This document shows, piece by piece, positions 59,929 through 64,000 of a DNA stretch of 64,000 nt. The stretch's first letter is position 1, and each line of letters starts with the position of its first letter. The position numbers were made by a program, and so were the translations under genes. This stretch comes from a virus, in IMG/VR virus record IMGVR_UViG_3300045918_000470, positions 1-64,000 of that record. One strand, written 5' to 3'. Under the pieces are notes generated by a model. It was not told the DNA's origin and searched no databases. It was given only the letters and a program-made list of their open reading frames with translations.

Positions 59929-60558
59929 TTATCCTAATGTACCAAAGACGGAATCTCTAGTTGTTGTTGATTTTGCTGCTTCTGTTTCTTGTTCTGTCTT
60001 GATGTCATTAAATACAGATGTTAGATTACTAAAATCATATTCATCATTCGGAATTAATTCTTCTACTTCATCACGTGGATTATAGTTATAGATTCTACAT
60101 TTTAACATATAGACATTTTTCCCGTTACTTTCTGTGAACATATTACTTAGACCTGCAACCTCATCCTCAATACCTGTAACCTCAAATATCTTACCTCGAT
60201 TTACACGGATAAGATCACCTACACATTGCATAATATTTTTAAAATCTGTAACATCATATATAGATTTCATATATTCTTTTGAAACCATGAGGTTGATCGA
60301 GTCAGTAAACTGTAATCCAAATTTACTAAACATATCACCGGCATTATCAAATGATTCTGTATTTTCAGGATATACCATGATAGGAAAAACATCATTTGAA
60401 TTAGATTTTCTATAGTTAAATTCATTAAAGATAATATTTCTTCCAATATTATCAATCTTAAAGTATTCAACCTGGATACCAAACTTGTCAATGAACTCTT
60501 TGCTTTGTCTGCTGAATAAATTGTATTCATTTGGGCTTGAGTTAAAGTTCCATGCCAT
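59929..60558 (-). CDS. gp14: Neck protein (gp14-like)
   Basis: EFIDKFGIQVEY..IFNE..GDMFSKFGLQ..GDLI..FEVTGIE; TATAAATA upstream (60579-60586, - strand). Confidence 0.85.
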   Translation of the reverse strand: MAWNFNSSPNEYNLFSRQSKEFIDKFGIQVEYFKIDNIGRNIIFNEFNYRKSNSNDVFPIMVYPENTESFDNAGDMFSKFGLQFTDSINLMVSKEYMKSIYDVTDFKNIMQCVGDLIRVNRGKIFEVTGIEDEVAGLSNMFTESNGKNVYMLKCRIYNYNPRDEVEELIPNDEYDFSNLTSVFNDIKTEQETEAAKSTTTRDSVFGTLG

Positions 60559-60651
60559 ATGTACTCCTTCTTTTAGTTTATTTATAATTTAATCTATTTC
60601 AAAGGTTCATTGTGTTATAATGTATTACACATTTATATATGAAGGAAACAT

Positions 60652-61041
60652 ATGTCAGTAGACACAAAATATAACCACCTACGTAATGGTACATTATATG
60701 GTGGAGCAACAATTGGTTGGTCAATTCAAGATGACGATACATTAATTACTGCATTAGCAAAATGTAATAATGTAGATCGTTTTGTAAAATCAGAAGGTAG
60801 AGTAATCGTTGATATGAGGATTAATAACTACATCGCTAATCCTGAAAAAAATACAAGCAAGTATGTTGCAGTTGTAACATTAGATGAGGTACGTGCATTT
60901 TTGTATGAAAACTCCGAGCGTGTGTTCCCAGTATTAAATCGTGATGCTACTTTGCGAGCGATTGAGTCCGTCACGATGCGTGATTTTAATTATAATACAC
61001 ATGCATTTATTACACAAGGTGTTTTTGACGAAATTCTTTAA
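60652..61041 (+). CDS. Hypothetical early protein
   Basis: TGTTATAAT at 60613; AAGGA RBS. Confidence 0.6.
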   Translation: MSVDTKYNHLRNGTLYGGATIGWSIQDDDTLITALAKCNNVDRFVKSEGRVIVDMRINNYIANPEKNTSKYVAVVTLDEVRAFLYENSERVFPVLNRDATLRAIESVTMRDFNYNTHAFITQGVFDEIL

Positions 61042-61160
61042 TTTATAAAATCTATAAATAAAACATAAGTAGTTCTTAAGGTACATTGTGTTATAATACA
61101 CGTACATAAAAAGAATAAACGAATTTTGTATCATGAATTAGTTTAAAACATTAATTTGTT

Positions 61161-61196
61161 TTTAAGCAAAGTTATGATATAATGTTCACATAAATA
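61161..61196 (+). promoter_or_regulatory. tRNA operon 1 promoter (early TTTAAG-N8-TGATATAAT, then late-like CATAAATA)
   Basis: Motifs seen directly; another early promoter at 61075-61097. Confidence 0.7.
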
Positions 61197-61223
61197 AAAA
61201 CAATAAACACATAGGAGAATATC

Positions 61224-61361
61224 ATGTTTGGTATCGAAACAAGCGCATCATCAACAATCGCAACATATCGTGATACCAGCATTATCTCTTATACATCTAC
61301 GTCTGATATTACCGATGCTTCGGCATCATATGAGATTAACTCGGCGGAAGCCAACTCCTAA
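61224..61361 (+). CDS. Putative leader (attenuator) peptide of tRNA operon 1, 45 aa
   Basis: AGGAG RBS; MFGIETSASSTIATYRDTSIISYTSTSDITDASASYEINSAEANS; 39/45 residues are S, T, I, A, Y, D or E, the amino acids of the downstream tRNAs. Confidence 0.8.
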   Translation: MFGIETSASSTIATYRDTSIISYTSTSDITDASASYEINSAEANS

Positions 61362-61403
61362 CAGAAAGTTATTTTGACTTTCTGTGATGGAAAGTCAAAA
61401 TGA
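61361..61403 (+). promoter_or_regulatory. Mutually exclusive hairpins (putative attenuator 1)
   Basis: ACAGAAAGTTA/TGACTTTCTGT versus TTATTTTGACTTTC/GAAAGTCAAAATGA. Confidence 0.7.
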
Positions 61404-61535
61404 TTCCTCAAGCACATACACGTGCAAAATTAATCAATTTTTCTTTTCATCTTGGATAAAAGTGTCGTATTCGTTTACGGCGTTCCATATTCGTATGGTC
61501 TTTTTTCTCAAGTTTTACTCAAACAACTTGTTCGT

Positions 61536-61625
61536 GGGCGGTTAATCAACACTAACTGGATAGGTGCATCGGCTGTAACCCGGTTTCTTTATGGACTCTT
61601 GGTTCGAATCCAAGGCTGCCCACCA
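61536..61625 (+). tRNA. tRNA-Tyr(GUA)
   Basis: ATCGG-CTGTAAC-CCGGT anticodon arm; TTCGAAT loop; CCA end. Confidence 0.9.
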
Positions 61626-61633
61626 TCATATAT

Positions 61634-61708
61634 GTCACCATGGAGAAGGGGTTATCTCGTCACACTTTCACTGTGAAGTCAGGGGTTCAAATCCCCTTGG
61701 TGATACCA
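61634..61708 (+). tRNA. tRNA-Glu(UUC)
   Basis: TCACA-CTTTCAC-TGTGA; CCA end. Confidence 0.9.
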
Positions 61709-61712
61709 AATT

Positions 61713-61787
61713 GGGGATATAGTATAATTGGGAATACATAAGACTTGCAATCTTGAGTCGAGGGTTCGAATCCCTCTATCTCCACCA
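61713..61787 (+). tRNA. tRNA-Ala(UGC)
   Basis: TAAGA-CTTGCAA-TCTTG; G3-U70; CCA end. Confidence 0.92.
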
Positions 61788-61800
61788 AGAATTTAAAAAT

Positions 61801-61875
61801 GGTCTTGTAGCTCAGAGGCAGAGTGCTCCGTTGTCAGCGGAAGGGTCGGGATTTCAAAATTCCTCAGGATCGCCA
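61801..61875 (+). tRNA. tRNA-Asp(GUC)
   Basis: TCCG-TTGTCAG-CGGA; GCCA end. Confidence 0.88.
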
Positions 61876-61882
61876 AAAATAT

Positions 61883-61956
61883 AGTTCTATAGCTCAATGG
61901 CAGAGTAATCCCTTGATAAGGGATAGACGAAGGGTCAGTACCTTCTAGAACTACCA
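61883..61956 (+). tRNA. tRNA-Ile(GAU)
   Basis: ATCCC-TTGATAA-GGGAT; CCA end. Confidence 0.88.
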
Positions 61957-61961
61957 AACAT

Positions 61962-62054
61962 GGGCAATTGGCAGAAATGGAATAATTGCACTAGTCTTGA
62001 AAACTAGCAGAGCGTCAAAAACTCTTGTTGGATCGTACCCAACATTGCCCGCCA
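61962..62054 (+). tRNA. tRNA-Ser(UGA)
   Basis: CTAGT-CTTGAAA-ACTAG; long variable arm; GCCA end. Confidence 0.9.
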
Positions 62055-62059
62055 AAATA

Positions 62060-62140
62060 TGTTGTTTGTAGTATAATAGTTATTACAGGAGAGAACAGTG
62101 GACACTCCAGATACGGTGCAATTCCGTCGAGCGACAACCA
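62060..62140 (+). ncRNA. tRNA-like RNA with aberrant anticodon arm
   Basis: 9-bp acceptor, D arm, GGAG-13nt-CTCC, 4-bp T stem, ACCA end. Confidence 0.6.
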
Positions 62141-62146
62141 AAATAT

Positions 62147-62222
62147 GCCGATTTAGCTCATTCAGCAGAGCAGTAGTTTTGTAAACTACAGGTGAGGGGA
62201 GCAAAGCCTCTAATCGGCACCA
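62147..62222 (+). tRNA. tRNA-Thr(UGU)
   Basis: GTAGT-TTTGTAA-ACTAC; CCA end. Confidence 0.88.
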
Positions 62223-62301
62223 GATTGATTTTTATGAAGGGTCTATTTCTTAAATGAAAATCTTTCACAAAAGTTAATAAATTCATAGAATTTAATCTAA
62301 C

Positions 62302-62368
62302 TTTAAGCTATACTATGTTATAATGTCTGTACATAAAAAGAAAAACATAGTTTTTCAAAACATAAATA
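62302..62368 (+). promoter_or_regulatory. tRNA operon 2 promoter (early TTTAAG-N8-TGTTATAAT, then late-like CATAAATA)
   Basis: Same architecture as the operon 1 promoter. Confidence 0.7.
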
Positions 62369-62393
62369 AAACAATAAAAACAAGGAGCACACA

Positions 62394-62564
62394 ATGTGTA
62401 ACACAAGCAGCAACGTACAAAATGTTAATGTCAATGTATTAAATCGCAATAGCGTGCTCCGTGCTAGTCAACTGAATTTGGCAGGGTTAAGCTTAGGGCA
62501 AAATCAAGCAGTTCAAAGTTGGTTAAATACTTCTAATTCTCTTTTACAGAATACTTCAATCTAA
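62394..62564 (+). CDS. Putative leader (attenuator) peptide of tRNA operon 2, 56 aa
   Basis: AAGGAG RBS; MCNTSSNVQNVNVNVLNRNSVLRASQLNLAGLSLGQNQAVQSWLNTSNSLLQNTSI; rich in N, L, S, Q and V. Confidence 0.8.
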   Translation: MCNTSSNVQNVNVNVLNRNSVLRASQLNLAGLSLGQNQAVQSWLNTSNSLLQNTSI

Positions 62565-62598
62565 GTTTTCTTTAAAGGGGATTTAGTTCCCCTTTAAA
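62533..62598 (+). promoter_or_regulatory. Mutually exclusive hairpins (putative attenuator 2)
   Basis: TTTAAAGGGGA/TCCCCTTTAAA versus CTAATTCTCTTTTA/TAAAGGGGATTTAG (13 of 14 paired). Confidence 0.65.
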
Positions 62599-62672
62599 TG
62601 ATAAACAAAAACCAATCATTTAAAACACTAAATTCTCTATTGTTAATTCAATTTTTTCTTAGAATTCTCAGT

Positions 62673-62760
62673 TCTCTACAGCGCGCAAGGTGTGCGAGGC
62701 GACTGTTAATCGTTTGGCGAGAGTTAAATCCGATGCTTGGTTCGATTCCAAGGTGGAGAG
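62673..62760 (+). tRNA. tRNA-Asn(GUU), long extra arm, no encoded CCA
   Basis: GGCGA-CTGTTAA-TCGTT; TTCGATT loop; U1-A72, G73. Confidence 0.8.
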
Positions 62761-62794
62761 CTGAGAATTCAAGAAATCTATTAGATAACTTCGC

Positions 62795-62867
62795 TCAAGA
62801 GTAGGCAAACTGGTATGCCAACGGTCTTTGAAGCCGTAGATTGTAGGTTCGAACCCTGCCTCTTGAG
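62795..62867 (+). tRNA. tRNA-Gln(UUG), no encoded CCA
   Basis: ACGGT-CTTTGAA-GCCGT; TTCGAAC loop; U1-A72, G73. Confidence 0.87.
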
Positions 62868-62934
62868 CGAAGTTATCTATTTAGAATATAGGACGTATTA
62901 CTTTGAAAATGATAAATAAAGTATATATTTATCT

Positions 62935-63738
62935 AGGAACTACACTTTACATTATGATAACTTAATCAATAGAGCTAAAGAAAGAACTCTTGAAAGTTAC
63001 ACCGAATCTCATCATATAATACCACGTTGTTTAGGTGGTACAAATGATAAAGATAATTTAGTTGACTTAACAACAAGAGAACATTTTATAGCTCATTTGT
63101 TATTGTGGAAGATACATCCTAATCATTATGGTTTAGTTAAAGCTATTTCTATAATGTGTGTTCAATCTACTAATATGAACGAAAATCGTTCTTGTAATAG
63201 AATGTATGGATGGTTAAAGGAAAAATTTTCAGAAGCTCAATCTTTATCTCAATCGGGTGATGGTAATAGTCAATTCGGTACTATGTGGATTCATAATTTA
63301 GATTTAAAAGAGTCTAAGAAGATACCTAAATCTGATGAAATACCTTTAGGATGGAATAAAGGTCGTAAAATTAAATTCGATCTTGAAAATATAAAGAAAG
63401 AAATTAAAGATCAAATCAAAGAGAGAAACAAAAATAAACTTGAAGAAAAACTTCAAGAAAAGAGAAATTCTTTCCTAGATATATTTGAAGCTTATAAAGC
63501 TTATGGATACAAATATGTTATTGAAAATTTTGATTATGATAAATCTGAAGGTGTTTTATATTCAAAATTGAAAACTCTTTTTGGAGAATTTAAAAAACAA
63601 TATGAAGTGAAAATTGATAGATTTTATATTTGTCAAGAATGTAAATGTACCTTCACGAAAAAAGGGAAGTCTACAGATAATTTTAAATGTTGTAGTAGAA
63701 AATGTTCTGGTTTATTGAATAGACCGAAATTTGGATAA
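62935..63738 (+). CDS. HNH homing endonuclease; expected start codon reads AGG
   Basis: Frame open upstream of the track start 63097: (R)NYTLHYDNLINRAKER..ESHHIIPRCLGGTNDKDNLVDLTTREHFIAHLLL. Confidence 0.8.
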   Translation, partial: RNYTLHYDNLINRAKERTLESYTESHHIIPRCLGGTNDKDNLVDLTTREHFIAHLLLWKIHPNHYGLVKAISIMCVQSTNMNENRSCNRMYGWLKEKFSEAQSLSQSGDGNSQFGTMWIHNLDLKESKKIPKSDEIPLGWNKGRKIKFDLENIKKEIKDQIKERNKNKLEEKLQEKRNSFLDIFEAYKAYGYKYVIENFDYDKSEGVLYSKLKTLFGEFKKQYEVKIDRFYICQECKCTFTKKGKSTDNFKCCSRKCSGLLNRPKFG

Positions 63739-63743
63739 AATAT

Positions 63744-63820
63744 GCTCGTCTAGTGCAACGGTAGACGCATCAGACTTAAAATCTGTCCAGGTGTGGGTTC
63801 GAATCCCACGGCGAGCACCA
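63744..63820 (+). tRNA. tRNA-Leu(UAA), short variable region
   Basis: CAGA-CTTAAAA-TCTG; TTCGAAT loop; ACCA end. Confidence 0.85.
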
Positions 63821-63831
63821 AAATTATAAAT

Positions 63832-63905
63832 GCTTCCTTAGTGAAATGGTATCACACCTTCCTTCCAAGTAGGAGTCGTCGGATCGTTACCGACAGGACG
63901 CACCA
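63832..63905 (+). tRNA. tRNA-Gly(UCC)
   Basis: CCTTC-CTTCCAA-GTAGG; CCA end. Confidence 0.82.
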
Positions 63906-63907
63906 AT

Positions 63908-63982
63908 GCCAGATTAACTCAAAAGTAGAGTGTTTCCCTTACAAGGAGAAAGTAGTAGGAGCGTTACCTACATCTGGTACCA
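63908..63982 (+). tRNA. tRNA-Val(UAC)
   Basis: TTTCC-CTTACAA-GGAGA; CCA end. Confidence 0.87.
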
Positions 63983-64000
63983 AAAAATGTTCCTGTACTC

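Noticed and set aside
1677-60530. Many short antisense or alternate-frame ORFs (e.g. 17348..17839, 19263..19760, 21666..21848, 54225..54665)
   Set aside because: They are shadows of well-supported genes with no recognisable motifs; at 21666 the real gene is on the + strand.
62060-62140. tRNA-His(GUG) call
   Set aside because: GTG is off-centre in a 13-nt loop and there is no G-1:C73 pair, so it is reported only as tRNA-like.
61452-62804. Track ORFs 61452..61676, 62004..62204 and 62598..62804
   Set aside because: They overlap tRNA genes, lack clear RBS support and are best explained as chance ORFs.
61962-63820. tRNAs with TGA and TAA anticodons as selenocysteine or ochre suppressors
   Set aside because: These are anticodon sequences reading UCA (Ser) and UUA (Leu); suppressors would need TCA or TTA.

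Overview
This window is part of an AT-rich T4-like myovirus genome. A Campylobacterota-type host is plausible from the promoter motifs, but that is inference. It carries most of the virion morphogenesis module: gp23 capsid, gp22, gp21, gp20 portal, small terminase, large terminase, neck gp14, gp15, tube gp19, baseplate gp5/5.4/6/25/26/48/53 and a tape-measure-like protein with peptidoglycan hydrolase domains. It also has Dda helicase, a GroES-like co-chaperonin, four homing endonucleases, nine fibre/RBP genes sharing one N-terminal motif, a four-gene YD-repeat-like operon and two tRNA operons at the right end. The main candidate for an undescribed system is at the tRNA operons. Each has a promoter, then a short leader ORF (45 and 56 aa, missed by the ORF track) whose amino acids and codons mirror the tRNAs of that same operon, then mutually exclusive hairpins at the leader stop codon. 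This looks like ribosome-mediated attenuation that senses shortage of specific tRNAs and switches on the matching phage tRNA set. Other highlights are tRNA-Asn and tRNA-Gln genes enclosed in long extended acceptor stems without CCA, a tRNA-like RNA with an aberrant fold, an atypically split intein in the large terminase with an endonuclease fused to its C-fragment, and a candidate -1 frameshift in the gp26/gp51-like pair. All calls come from reading the sequence and recognising motifs; no database searches were run.
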